From Sporopachydermia quercuum (lineage: Eukaryota), in the NCBI GenBank assembly GCA_001599295.1, contig BCGN01000008.1, positions 434,001-498,000 of the forward strand: 64,000 nucleotides of DNA. The letters run 5' to 3'. Numbering within the stretch: position 1 is the first letter of the stretch; every line of letters starts with the position of its first letter. The notes beneath the pieces are model-generated. The model did not search any database. It had not been told where the DNA came from and saw nothing but the letters and a program-made list of their open reading frames with translations. Shown here piece after piece: positions 37,509 through 49,314 of the stretch. The position numbers were made by a program, and so were the translations under genes.

Positions 37509-38258
37509 TTATTCTCGTCTTATAATGGCCCACCAATTATCTTTCTCATAACCGTGTTCAAGAACAGCTCCACCAGCAGTCACCACATCCTTTTCTAATT
37601 CACCTTCTTGATATAAATGATAATATCTTTGTTTCACGACCTCCCTTTCTTCTTCATCAGCTTGTCCATTTGATTCTTGGTCCTCATCTTCCTGCCTCTT
37701 GGGAAACTTACTCTTCTTTGGCTTGTGCTTCTGAAGAACCCACGGAACAAAAACATCAGGATTCATACCTCTCTTCCAACCTCTCCGAGAATTTTCTTGT
37801 TCCAATGCCCACACATATATCAATGCTTCACCGTTCTCATTCAACATAGATAAAATCGATTCTACGGCTTTCACTCTTCGATCAGAAGTTGAAAAATGAT
37901 GTATCACTGCTATACTAATAGCAAAATCAAAACTATGCTTTTGATGAGGTAAATTTAATGCATCTGCAACTATAACTTCATGTCCTTTCTCTTTTGCTAT
38001 ACTAATGAGCCCATCCGATCTATCAGAACCTATGATATAAACATTTTNGTTAATGCCCAGATATTTTCCGTTACCGCAACCAATATCCAACCCAATGCTT
38101 CCTGTTTTTCTACCTAGCATGAACTTCTCTACTATTGGCCAGGGCCTATACCTCGTTTGCGAGAAATGCGATGCTATTTCATTGTAGATTTCATGCACAT
38201 AAATCTCTTCTGCTTCTANAGGATCTGTCGGTAGAGCTATCAGCTCTGAATCTGTCAT
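37509..38258 (-). CDS. TRM9: tRNA wobble-uridine carboxymethyl methyltransferase
   Basis: [61 protein letters not shown]. Confidence 0.94.
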   Translation of the reverse strand: MTDSELIALPTDPXEAEEIYVHEIYNEIASHFSQTRYRPWPIVEKFMLGRKTGSIGLDIGCGNGKYLGINXNVYIIGSDRSDGLISIAKEKGHEVIVADALNLPHQKHSFDFAISIAVIHHFSTSDRRVKAVESILSMLNENGEALIYVWALEQENSRRGWKRGMNPDVFVPWVLQKHKPKKSKFPKRQEDEDQESNGQADEEEREVVKQRYYHLYQEGELEKDVVTAGGAVLEHGYEKDNWWAIIRRE

Positions 38259-38886
38259 TGTGTCCTGGTAGATGATGATTGGTCTCTGTTGATGAGTATA
38301 TAAGGAAATACAACTAAGAAAGACACTGACTGTGAATGCAAAACTCTGAATTTAACTCAGAAAGCAAAACTTCAAGGCTATATGTACAGGCTATAAACGA
38401 TAGAGAGATATAAAACATAAATAAGGCAGTTATTTCAATTATTTCAAACATTATAACAAAATAGTAAGTAAAAGTAAAGCAATGAAAGAAGTACCAGCAC
38501 TATCTCACAAATTAAAAATTAGAAGCCAAAATCAACAGAAATCTTTATTGTTTCCGATATGTTCTCATTTTCGGAGTTTATAACTTTTATATAATCTCCG
38601 ACATTTTGACACGTCTCTCCTTTTGATGGTAGGTGTAGGTGAGAGTAATTGGAACACATGATATCATGTCAACATTAGCAATCATTCCAACGTTATAATA
38701 GCATTTGGTCCGTCATAAGATCTTATATTTATCACAATCGCTATTAATTTACAGGTCTGGGGAATATAATAATACTCAACGGATTGGGTAAGAGCAGAGA
38801 AAGTTGGTTCCGTTCGGCTGAATCCATGAGAACAAAACAGTGCTCCAATTTACCGTACTCTGCCTTAAATTCAGATACACATCCAA

Positions 38887-40602
38887 ATGAGCACATCTCC
38901 TATAATAGATGAGGAGCCGCAGGTATCATTGGTCAATAATTCTGGAAATGTAGGTGGAAATATTGTGAGTGACTTTGGGTTGAAATCCAACAGTAGTAGC
39001 AGCGACAACCCTTCCAACGGTGGAACTGGAAGTAGTACTAGCCGCTCTAATACTATCAACAATGCAGAAAAGCTTGCTGAACTAATATCAGGCGAAAAAC
39101 AGAAAGAGCAGCTAAGACGACGGTATATCGTATTATCTGTATTATTGATAATGGCTTGTATTGGTGGTCCGTTATGGTTTGTTCTAACTACTATCTACCG
39201 AGCCCCTTTGCCTTATGATATAATGAATTATTACCATGACAACATCTTATCCAATATCGACATCAGAATACCAGTATACGTGAAAAGCATAGATTCATTT
39301 AAATATCCTGACTTGGTACAAGCTGCTCAAACACTAGTGGACGAAGAAATAAAAAAAATCAACAACGAGGACCCGTTGATAGTGAACTGGGGTTTAGAAC
39401 TGATAGGCATTGATAGCTCTGAAGCTGTTAGCAGTGATAACTACGTTTTGGAGATAGAAGCTACAGAAGGTGAAAGAGTAGGCGTTTACGTATCTGATAC
39501 TGAGAGACTGGCCGTCTTATATTACACATTAGAGGAGGTTAATTCCGGAGATCTACCGTTTTACGTAATGGTGACGTTGTTGATGCATTTGTTTGAATCT
39601 GAAGTGAACTTATTCAAACAATCGCACCAAGGGAAAACAAACTCTCCTGCACTTTCATATTCACCTAACTATCATCTATCATTTTCATTGTTATACGAAG
39701 GTGTCGAACCTATAAAATGGAATATTCAGAAAGCCTTGGAATCACAGTTTACAAGCCTACGACAGGAAATGGCTCGATTCACCAACTTCACGATAGATTC
39801 TCAAATTTTGTTCTCTTCTACATTATCGGATTCGCTAACAGTAAACGAAGTAGATAGAACCTGCAGATTATCTAACTCAGAATTAACCACTTTTATCAAC
39901 CATGCTGATTGGACATTGTCAAGTTATAAGCCCTATCCTACCTTGAATTTCATTTTGTATATACCTTCGAGTGAGAACAATCTGCTTTCTACTGGTTGTT
40001 CTTCTATCATTATTGATGGATCATCAACCAACAGTTTTCTTATTCCGCAGTATGGAGCATTGAAAATACTCAATTTGGGCCGGCCAGGAGATAGTAATGG
40101 AACCACCATTAAAATATCTGATGATGAACTAAATGAAGCTCTTAATGAATTCACTGGTTATTTGTTCCGTTTGTTAGGAATACCGCTTCATCCTAAATCA
40201 CCACGTATTCGTATCGATGCTATGACCAGATACGCAACAGTGAAAGCTCTAGAGCATGCTTCTGAGTCTTTAGGATCGTTGGCTAGATTATGTGGATTCT
40301 TACAAACCATTGCCATTCCTGCAGATGTCTTAGGTGAAGTATCTTCATCAATTCAGCTCATACAAAGATCTGTCGAGCAATTGAACGGCAAGAACTGGGC
40401 GAAAGCACTTGAACTTGCTGGGGAATCATATATTAATGCAGAAAAGGGATTTTTTGAAAAAGAGATTGTTCAACAAGCATTTTTCCCCCAAGAACATAAA
40501 CTAGCTGTCTATTTGCCTTTATTAGGGCCTGCTGGTATAGTAATACTATCAGGAGTAGGCAGGGTATTTCGTGAATGGAAAAGAAGCAAAGCAAAAAAAT
40601 AG
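38887..40602 (+). CDS. GPI17: GPI transamidase subunit PIG-S
   Basis: N-terminal TM followed by PLWF.LTTIYRAPLP, NSFLIPQYG, and C-terminal FFPQEHKLAVYLPLLGP plus TM. Confidence 0.92.
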   Translation: MSTSPIIDEEPQVSLVNNSGNVGGNIVSDFGLKSNSSSSDNPSNGGTGSSTSRSNTINNAEKLAELISGEKQKEQLRRRYIVLSVLLIMACIGGPLWFVLTTIYRAPLPYDIMNYYHDNILSNIDIRIPVYVKSIDSFKYPDLVQAAQTLVDEEIKKINNEDPLIVNWGLELIGIDSSEAVSSDNYVLEIEATEGERVGVYVSDTERLAVLYYTLEEVNSGDLPFYVMVTLLMHLFESEVNLFKQSHQGKTNSPALSYSPNYHLSFSLLYEGVEPIKWNIQKALESQFTSLRQEMARFTNFTIDSQILFSSTLSDSLTVNEVDRTCRLSNSELTTFINHADWTLSSYKPYPTLNFILYIPSSENNLLSTGCSSIIIDGSSTNSFLIPQYGALKILNLGRPGDSNGTTIKISDDELNEALNEFTGYLFRLLGIPLHPKSPRIRIDAMTRYATVKALEHASESLGSLARLCGFLQTIAIPADVLGEVSSSIQLIQRSVEQLNGKNWAKALELAGESYINAEKGFFEKEIVQQAFFPQEHKLAVYLPLLGPAGIVILSGVGRVFREWKRSKAKK

Positions 40603-41155
40603 TAGGTATTTCATGAACCGATGTTCAATGTATAATAAATGCCTAATTATCATTATATTTATTATNATCTATTGACCAGCTAAATTTAACAAGCTATTAT
40701 ACTAGGAGTTATAGGCTCTCTATGAACTAATTACAGTACGCTCGTTCATCTCGTATAAATAATGATCTTCAGAATAGCGGACTCTTTATATTTACTGAGG
40801 GGGTCATATTAAAGATCAAAACTAGTTGTCTCAAATTAGGGGGTTAATCCAGCAAACGAGATTAGAAGTTCAGCGATCAATGTGGATTATTCTTAGTATA
40901 TCATCATTTCTCTTTCCATTATTTATTTACTATTACATATAAACANTATCTTCTATTTATGGATCTGAAACTGACTATAAACAAATCACAAAAGTTACTG
41001 AGTCTGTAGAATGACTTTGGCACCCTAAGTTAACATTCTATAAACGTCTGTTATTGAGAGAAGCTGCATGCANCCGGAGTGTTAGCATGCCTAACTCAAC
41101 ATTTCAACATTCTATCAATTCAATAGAATACTCATAATTCAGCATCGACAGCAAG

Positions 41156-42094
41156 ATGATGCCACTATATCTTCCCACGGGGACAGTAGCAAAAGACTCC
41201 GATCAGAAACCTAGCACAGCATCTTCTCCTGCAGATGAACCAGTAACATCACCAAGCCACACCAACCGCTCCCATGATGAAATTACCCTAAGGCTGACNG
41301 CGCAACAAGCCGCTATCAATCGGAAAAGAAAACTAGTAGATTCAATGAACCGAACTCTTGAAAACGAAGACAGCAGACTGAATGGCGAAGACAACTTCTC
41401 TGATGAAGATGAGTTTGGTGATATAGAAATAAACGTGAAAACAGAACGTGACAGACTGAGGTTGCTAATCCCAAATTTCGATGATCAACAAATGGCACGA
41501 TATGAAGTATATAGAAGAGCAAATATTAACAGATCAGGGGTTAAAAGACTTGCAAATGCTGTTTTAAACCAAAGTATCACAGGTTCAGTGGCAATTGCGT
41601 TATCTGGCCTAGCCAAAGTGTTCGTAGGTGAAGTGATTGAGAAGTCATTGAACGTCAAACAACGACGTGAAAAGAGAACGAAGTGGCTACAACGAGAAGA
41701 AATGTACAACAAAAGAAAACGAAAACTTGAAACTGAACGTGACGAAAAACTAGAAGCTTTAAGGGAAAAGAAGCAAAAACTAGAAGAGAAAAACCTGGAA
41801 GCGGGTGATAATGAGGAAGATCCTCGTCTACTCAAACCAGAAAACATTGAATTATCTCGATCACGCGACAATGAGTCCACAGAAACTGAAGAAAGTATCA
41901 ATAAAGAATTTGATGACAATATAATAGCTTTGGAGAATGGAACAGAACAAGATGACGAAGATGAAGAGCAAACACCATTGAGACCAGATGATGTGATAGA
42001 AGCCTGGAGATTATTTGTTGCAGAGAATAACACTGTACCAGCTGCTGAATGGAGATTACAAGGTGGAGAAGGAAGTGGGCTAATGTTTCGTTAG
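41156..42094 (+). CDS. TAF11: TFIID subunit TAF11 (histone fold)
   Basis: FDDQQMARYEVYRR, SGLAKVFVGEVIE, PLRPDDVIEAWR. Confidence 0.92.
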   Translation: MMPLYLPTGTVAKDSDQKPSTASSPADEPVTSPSHTNRSHDEITLRLXAQQAAINRKRKLVDSMNRTLENEDSRLNGEDNFSDEDEFGDIEINVKTERDRLRLLIPNFDDQQMARYEVYRRANINRSGVKRLANAVLNQSITGSVAIALSGLAKVFVGEVIEKSLNVKQRREKRTKWLQREEMYNKRKRKLETERDEKLEALREKKQKLEEKNLEAGDNEEDPRLLKPENIELSRSRDNESTETEESINKEFDDNIIALENGTEQDDEDEEQTPLRPDDVIEAWRLFVAENNTVPAAEWRLQGGEGSGLMFR

Positions 42095-42215
42095 AGTAAG
42101 CAATTAATGACTTTTACCATTGTATAGTTGTATGATTATTATTCTCTGAAAATAATGAAGATAATGAAATTTAGTATCTATGTGTCTATCATAGGCACAT
42201 AATGTTTCGTTCCTA

Positions 42216-45200
42216 TCATAGATGGTCCTGTGTTGAGTCACAATTCAGGAGAGCTTTCTCCTTTTCAATACGTGTTGCATATCCCGATATAATATTTGCC
42301 CTATAATTCTTTCGAAACTCTTCTATGTTTTGAATAAGTTCACCTTTCTCCCAGTCGTACTTTCCATTAGTTAATTTACTACCAAAATAAGCAGATGAAT
42401 ATTTCTGACNGGCCATGCTAGAGGACAAAGCTTCCTTCAATACTATTTTAACTAATTTCACACTTTTCCCTTGCAATGTGAAATATTTTGTTAGCCTCCA
42501 TAACAGTTTAACCCCATTGATTCTGTGTCTGTCATCACAACATGCTGTTACTATTTCTTCTAGCTTTCTCTGAGAAACATACAGCCCTTTGGATCGTAGA
42601 AACGTTTCCATCTGATTGGTTATTTGACGAGGAGAAACAGAACTCATATCAGCTATTGATTTAACATAAACGCATACCTTTGACCTCGTTCTGCTCATTG
42701 TGCATTCAGAATCTACATTTATTCCATCATGCGCCTCTCCTAACGGTGAAATATATTTTCTGTAGAAGTCTAATACTGTTTTCTTATCAACAAAAGAATA
42801 GTTGTTCTTATCTCCATAGCCAACTCTGAACGCTAAAGATCTTGATGTGATCTCTTGCCAATTCTTTTGGTGTCCTGTATGTATATTACGCGTTTCTTCT
42901 TTGAATGTGCTGATCATAGAATCTAGACTTGCTAATAGCTTCTCCTCGGACATGAAAGCTAATTGTTCTTCCACCCAGAGAAGATATAAATCAATCATAT
43001 TATCAATATAGTCAGATGTTTTGGTAGTCACAAGAATGAACTCCAAACCAACTCTTTGGCGAAGNAACTTCTGCTTCTGAATAACAACATAGGCAAGTTG
43101 CCGTTTATTACGTAGNTCTGTTTGAATGGTTAAATCAATAATATACGAAATGAATTTGGTCAAAAGGACAGCTTTCATATCAGATATAACTCCAGTTTGT
43201 AGATAATAAACAATACCATTAGAAACGTCCTGCTTATTCCAGGCATCTGCCTCAAAAACGAACGATTTACCTGGACTTAGGTTCATACTACCAGGTTCTC
43301 TCCATACAAACTCTTCCTGTGAAGAGTCTACTAAAAGCTTAAGTATGCTGTGAACATCATGACAATCATCATTTGTAACATCACCAGTTAGCAAGCAACA
43401 TATGAACACTTTAGACAAAGCTAAAGCCGTTGAGCTAACAACAGTTGACATCTTAATCCCTTTCAGACATTCNATTCTTTCATCAATACTGCAAATGCCA
43501 TCTTCTAATATATACGTTAAAGCAGCTAGGCCTACAACAGCTACATTGCTAGTCTTGAATTCCTCATACTCTTGAATCAATTCTCCTTTAGCTACATTGA
43601 ATATTCTTCTATACTGCTGAAAGTTCTCAACAGCCTGCTGTTGAAGAGTTTTCATGATTTCAATACTTCTAGCAATCACCACACTAATGTTTTCAACAAA
43701 ACCTGAAAAAGATATTTCAATAGAGCCATTNTCTTTCTTAGAAAGCGCAATATCATAAGTACAGTCAACCATTTCAGCATAATATAAGTCATTCCTTAGT
43801 AGCCATTTGACCATTCTGCAATAAATCTGCATAGCCATTAAATAGTCAATACTTGTTTTCTCTGTAGTTGAGAATGAAATTTCAATAGATATAACAGATT
43901 TGTTACTGCAAGCTTCCGATTCTATAGGTTTACACCATATTTGCATATTATTAGTATTCACAATCAATATAGGCTCAATATAAGATGTAGACACTTTACT
44001 AGAGTCAGCGATTGCTTTAGGAATGAAAGGATTTGGATCAGGAACGTGAAAATGCTCTTGGGTGAGACCTTCAGTAGTACTTCCGACGACAAGGCTGGCA
44101 ACNCTAGACTTCAATCTATCAATATCCAAATCATAGATATCGAAATCAAACAGGAAATAGTGATCTCTTTGGTTTAAGTGGAAATCATAGTTATAACNCT
44201 CTGAATTTAGACATTTATGCATAATATTCAAGCTTTCTGTATCAGCTAAAGCAATAACAGCACAATTAGATAAATCAAGGCAATTGAGTAATTCCACAGA
44301 AAGAAGCTGATCGTCAGGAACATAATCTGAACCGTGTAACAANCATTTGATATCACTATAATGTACAAAGAGCTTTCTTACTAATAATGATGCTTCGTCC
44401 ATTACTGAATTCTTCTTGTCTTGATACATAAAATTGCATAACATTTGTTGATGAAACTCCTTTGCAAGCGTGTAAAACTCCTTTGGAGTTAGAGTTTTAA
44501 GCATACTCAGATAAGACTGAATTGCCTGCAATATCTTTTGGACATGTTTAACACCTTTCCTGGTAATTTTCAGATCAATAGTCATGATATCGGTCCCCTG
44601 GCAAATGTTCAAGGAAAATGCTGCTAAAGCTGTAATCAATTTATGCCAATTGAGGAAAGCAAATATTGATCCTTGTGATTCGTGTCCTAATAGATGTGCC
44701 CATAGTTTAAATAGAAACGAGCATTTGGCTTGCCGTTGTTTAGGATATGAGGGTAAAAAAAATATAACTCTCAAATTTGCGTTAAAAGACTCATTATGAT
44801 TGTCAGAATCACTCGTAGTACTATCAGTATTAACTAGTACTAATTTACCCCAGCCATTCCTTCGGAAAGGTCTCATATAAATCAATGAAGGATCCACATT
44901 TTTATTCAAAATATCACCAAAATTTTGAACTGTCAACCTTTGCAGATTGTTCAATGATAAATTTGAGATCAGTACTAATTTCATTATATTTGAGGAATAG
45001 TACTTTTTATAATAATTTATTACTGCATCAACAACTTTAAGCTTCTTACCTTCGGGTATCTCCACAAGTGTGTTTATATTCCCTGTAGAGAATTTAGACA
45101 CAGGATGTTCACAGTTAGCTAGGTTCCTAATTGCTTGGAAGAGAATTCGGCTCTTATCAGTAACGAATGATTGATGCTCTGAATCAACAGCATATAATTC

Positions 45201-45611
45201 TCTATCTTTGGAGCTTTTATTGAATAAAGGTGATTTGAAAAACTCGGAGAACCTGTCTAGACATGCGCCGAAAACCCCAATGGATACTTCGAAGTAGAAA
45301 TTAGTATATTCACCTAATGTATAAGCATTATATTGACCCGAGTTAGCATTAACATATTCATGAAATGCGCTTTCTTTGGGATATTTACTAGTACCTAGGA
45401 AAAGCATGTGCTCACAGAAATGAGCCAAACCAGGAATATCTTGCGGGTCATTGAATGAGCCAGTGTTAACACATAAAGAAGCAGCAGATATTTTTGAGCT
45501 TGGATCACTGACCAATAATGCTTGTAATCCATTATCAAGTTCAATTAGACGGTATAGTCTTTTATCAGTAATCGGTTGGTGAAATTTGTCTGCCAGAACT
45601 TTGACAATCAT
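42216..45611 (-). CDS. AXL1: M16 insulinase-family metalloprotease, probably Axl1-like (Ste23 not excluded)
   Basis: DKRLYRLIELDNGL, GLAHFCEHMLFLGTSKYP (HxxEH), NAYT, RELYAVDSEH; the C-terminal half looks divergent, more like Axl1 than Ste23. Confidence 0.7.
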   Translation of the reverse strand: MIVKVLADKFHQPITDKRLYRLIELDNGLQALLVSDPSSKISAASLCVNTGSFNDPQDIPGLAHFCEHMLFLGTSKYPKESAFHEYVNANSGQYNAYTLGEYTNFYFEVSIGVFGACLDRFSEFFKSPLFNKSSKDRELYAVDSEHQSFVTDKSRILFQAIRNLANCEHPVSKFSTGNINTLVEIPEGKKLKVVDAVINYYKKYYSSNIMKLVLISNLSLNNLQRLTVQNFGDILNKNVDPSLIYMRPFRRNGWGKLVLVNTDSTTSDSDNHNESFNANLRVIFFLPSYPKQRQAKCSFLFKLWAHLLGHESQGSIFAFLNWHKLITALAAFSLNICQGTDIMTIDLKITRKGVKHVQKILQAIQSYLSMLKTLTPKEFYTLAKEFHQQMLCNFMYQDKKNSVMDEASLLVRKLFVHYSDIKXLLHGSDYVPDDQLLSVELLNCLDLSNCAVIALADTESLNIMHKCLNSEXYNYDFHLNQRDHYFLFDFDIYDLDIDRLKSXVASLVVGSTTEGLTQEHFHVPDPNPFIPKAIADSSKVSTSYIEPILIVNTNNMQIWCKPIESEACSNKSVISIEISFSTTEKTSIDYLMAMQIYCRMVKWLLRNDLYYAEMVDCTYDIALSKKXNGSIEISFSGFVENISVVIARSIEIMKTLQQQAVENFQQYRRIFNVAKGELIQEYEEFKTSNVAVVGLAALTYILEDGICSIDERXECLKGIKMSTVVSSTALALSKVFICCLLTGDVTNDDCHDVHSILKLLVDSSQEEFVWREPGSMNLSPGKSFVFEADAWNKQDVSNGIVYYLQTGVISDMKAVLLTKFISYIIDLTIQTXLRNKRQLAYVVIQKQKXLRQRVGLEFILVTTKTSDYIDNMIDLYLLWVEEQLAFMSEEKLLASLDSMISTFKEETRNIHTGHQKNWQEITSRSLAFRVGYGDKNNYSFVDKKTVLDFYRKYISPLGEAHDGINVDSECTMSRTRSKVCVYVKSIADMSSVSPRQITNQMETFLRSKGLYVSQRKLEEIVTACCDDRHRINGVKLLWRLTKYFTLQGKSVKLVKIVLKEALSSSMAXQKYSSAYFGSKLTNGKYDWEKGELIQNIEEFRKNYRANIISGYATRIEKEKALLNCDSTQDHL

Positions 45612-46181
45612 TTTGAAGGAAGGTTAAGTTCTCTCCTAATATTGTCGAGTTTATGGATCCCCGATAGAAGAAGAATTTGGTTATATTCAATAGAGATTGA
45701 TATAGGGACAGGGTCATTTGACGATGAAGGATTGTATGTAGGCTAAGCTTCAACCAGAACCAGTATCAGATACCACACATTTTATTTATCAGTACAAAAG
45801 CATGGTAGCCTGCTACCAAAAATGACAACAATATCATTAATAACGTAGATATCTTATTATTAGCGTTCAACTAAGATTAATATATGTTAATAAAATAGGG
45901 ACCCATATCGAAATGCATTGAAACGCATCAGTATGCGTATATGCATAATAATGCATAACATTCCTATTTTGGTTAGAACAATGATCATACCAAACAATAG
46001 AGAAGTGTCAAATAAAGAATACGAAACAGGTAGTTGATTTGTAGAACATCCATTTGAATTATTTCAACTGAAGGTTAGTCAGCCGATAAGATTAACTGAT
46101 TGTTTGATCGAGAATATCCTTGTTATTTCTGGTACCGAAGTATATCTGACTTCTCGTGCTGGGAAGGTTATCGTAGCATCA

Positions 46182-47342
46182 TCACACTCTAGTTCCACAT
46201 TTCCAACTTAATTCCTTTAATTTATTCAGTTTGGACAGATGCGAATCTCTTTCTGTTAATGGCGTATATTTTCTCCATACAGATTGAAATTCATTTTTCA
46301 GATTTTGGCTAGCTGCTCCGCTTTTATCAACTTGCCATTGCAGCTCTTTTAACTGCTTATGTCTTTCTCTATCTTGGTTCATTCTATCTAGTATATGCTC
46401 TTTCTTTAAACTGCTTTTAGTGTAAAATCCATGATAACAAGCAAAAACAAAATTGGAAATGTTTGCATCTTTGGTTGGTAAACATCTTCTTTTGTATAGT
46501 TTTTCCTCTTCATNTTTACCATTGGTATTCTCAGTCATATTCCCGACATCAACCGATTCACTGTTATTCTTCTCATCTTTAGGAGAACATAAAGTACCTT
46601 CAATTGAATTATCAGGGAAATCAATCAAATCTGTTAAAGCTTTATACTCTGACCGAAGCCAATTCTCCAAATTGACCATAATTGCTTTATGCAACAAAAC
46701 ATTCCAAGCATGCCGTAGACCTTTCAAGGAAGTAATTTTTGGCTCATCCAGTAAGCCTTTTAGACACTCCGTTGTAATTGTAGACAGTATATCATCTTGA
46801 TCCCACTGCAATAAACTCACACATTCATCAGGAGCCGTTATTATATCTTCTTTAGTGATATTCATAACCTCTCTTAATCTAGGTCTATTTAGAATCATCC
46901 GAGGCCATACTTGAGCGAATTGATTCTTATATTCATCCACATTTTCATCATTTATCGACAATGATATATTTATCAATGTATTATAAACCGGTTGAAAATT
47001 CAATATGCCATCTTTACCTATACCAATTGCATTATTCACCAGCTGCGGTAGATCATCAAACAGATTTTCGACGAATGGCACTGCTCCCGAATTGTCCCAC
47101 CATAGTTCCAAATTTGGGTATTTGAATCTCAATTGTACAACTAAAACCTCCAAAAAACAGAAACATTCCAGTCTTGCATTAAGATTTCCATTTCTAACTC
47201 TTTCCAGAATAACAGAATGAAGATATTCTTGAAATTCTGCATGCTTCACTGCAAACTCAGCAACTCGCTGATACAGTTGATATGACCCATTGAATCTCTC
47301 TATTGCTTCCAGAAACTGTAGCCTTACTTCAAAAGCATCCAT
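46182..47342 (-). CDS. CTK3: CTD kinase I gamma subunit
   Basis: MDAFEVRLQF, EYLHSVILE, NLNAR, and C-terminal ILDRMNQDRERHKQLKELQW. Confidence 0.85.
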   Translation of the reverse strand: MDAFEVRLQFLEAIERFNGSYQLYQRVAEFAVKHAEFQEYLHSVILERVRNGNLNARLECFCFLEVLVVQLRFKYPNLELWWDNSGAVPFVENLFDDLPQLVNNAIGIGKDGILNFQPVYNTLINISLSINDENVDEYKNQFAQVWPRMILNRPRLREVMNITKEDIITAPDECVSLLQWDQDDILSTITTECLKGLLDEPKITSLKGLRHAWNVLLHKAIMVNLENWLRSEYKALTDLIDFPDNSIEGTLCSPKDEKNNSESVDVGNMTENTNGKXEEEKLYKRRCLPTKDANISNFVFACYHGFYTKSSLKKEHILDRMNQDRERHKQLKELQWQVDKSGAASQNLKNEFQSVWRKYTPLTERDSHLSKLNKLKELSWKCGTRV

Positions 47343-47828
47343 ATTTATTCTTACACTACTAAGATAGTAGTTATCTCAAAGTCACTCAATTATAACACTA
47401 TCTCACAGATATTTCACAATGTCGATTCATGAATTGTTATATTTTCAAGTAACTCTTTCCTGTAATAGCAGATATCCACCAAATGATTCAACTAATCTCG
47501 CTTCTGCTCTACACCTTACATACAACAACAGCCTAAAGAAACTAATAAAGGCTCTGATTTCGTTCGAATCTCTATAGATTGACCAATCTTCTCCTTTGTT
47601 CCTGATCGATTCTACATCAATAGCTTAGTATATCTAAAACAGCCAGAATAGATTCAAGACCATATAATATTAACATCACATCTCTTTTCATACAATATTT
47701 CACCTGATCAAATACCTTCCCTCATATCTCGTTATACGACATCAATCAACTTTGCTCTGGTTTGACAGAGGTAGGTAGGTATGAGAAATACTTGCTGGGG
47801 TAAACCTCAGAATGAAAATTCTATGGCA

Positions 47829-47840
47829 TGAAATTTTTTT
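47829..47840 (+). promoter_or_regulatory. RRPE-like element upstream of the eIF1A gene
   Basis: TGAAATTTTTTT about 200 bp before the ATG. Confidence 0.35.
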
Positions 47841-48032
47841 CTAAGGTTTGTAACGAATTGGATATTTCTGATATAAGCAGAATGACACGATATATTTAGT
47901 AGCAGCATAGTAAGTAGTTATTAAGTAGCTATAAATTGATTGTTCAGAAACAGTGGTGAGATTTATCTATTTAATCTTGTAGTTGATCAAAAGCAATACT
48001 TTTGTAGCTAGTTTTGAAAGAAATCAGTGAAG

Positions 48033-48919
48033 ATGCCTAAGAATAAGGGAAAAGTAAGTGTTAATGAGTTTGATTGAAATAGGCAGTAGGAACCATAGGT
48101 AGTTAGATGCATCAAGACTTCAAGATGGCAATCACGATTCAATCGTTTACAGTCGCTAAAATTGAAGAATAGTCTATAGTTTGTTACTGTTTCATTATTG
48201 TTCAATTTACTAACTATTTATAGGGAGGAAAAGTAAGTGTTTACTGAAGATTATACGATAGGTAGTTGATACCACACTCTACAAGGAGAATGGAATAACA
48301 CAACATAGTAGGAGGCTGTAAGCCAAAATCAGGGGTCTTATTATTAACGAAAATCTACAGAATAGAAGAAGAGGAAAGAATGAGAACGAAAACCAAAAGC
48401 GTGAATTGGTTCTCAAGGAGGAAGGACAAGGTATGTATTTGAAGTGATAGAGGCAAATAAATGTTGATAAGCAGATCACACGATTGGATTTGCATTGGTA
48501 AAATAGTAAATTTATAGAAAACTTGATGAGAGTTCTATTAACATCAACAAATAGAATATGCTCAAGTTGTGAAAATGTTGGGTAACGGTAGAGTTGAAGC
48601 CTCATGTTTCGATGGTATCAAGAGAATGGCTCATATTCGAGGTAAATTAAGAAAGAAGGTTTGGATTGGACAAGGCGACATTGTTTTAGTCTCCTTAAGA
48701 GATTTCCAAGATGACCAATGTGATGTTATTCAAAAATACAACTCTGATGAAGCTAGAGCTTTGAANGCCCAAGGTGAATTACCTGAATCAGCTAAAATCA
48801 ATGAAACTGATACTTTCGGTCACGAAGATGATGAGGAAGTTAACTTCGAATTCGGAAATGTTGAAGGTGATGATGATGAAGATGACGAAGGAGAACCATT
48901 AGATATTGATGATATCTAA
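48033..48919 (+). CDS. TIF11: Translation initiation factor eIF1A; exons 48033-48053, 48224-48232, 48361-48430, 48555-48919
   Basis: Spliced [46 protein letters not shown]...[11 protein letters not shown], acidic tail; three GT-AG introns with TACTAAC/TATTAAC branch points. Confidence 0.96.
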
Positions 48920-49314
48920 GCATTAGGTTCCGGTTAGTTAGAGATGTATGATAGAAGTAATATTCACGCAGGTAGTTTAGATGGCATAAATGGCATATAT
49001 GCTTTCCTTTGGTTTACAGTGTGTGGCCGTTTAATTGATTTTNATGCTATTTATACGTTTCTTTTTTATCTTTATTGAATATCGGCTGGCATTTGTATCC
49101 TATTAGGAAACAACACAAAGGAATACATTATGATACTCTGTTATAGTCATATGTTTTAAAACAATACATGGTCAAAATTGTAGTTGGAATTGAACTAAAT
49201 ACTTATGCTTAGTTTATGTATATCCTGTGGATTATATATATGTATGTGTAATAATGGTGATAGAGCTTCCAGAGTCTTAAACAATACCAATAGTTAAATT
49301 CCTTCTTTTTTGGT

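Noticed and set aside
47771..48007. Possible 5'-UTR intron before eIF1A (GTAGGT...TAG)
   Set aside because: Donor is atypical for this window and there is no good branch point.
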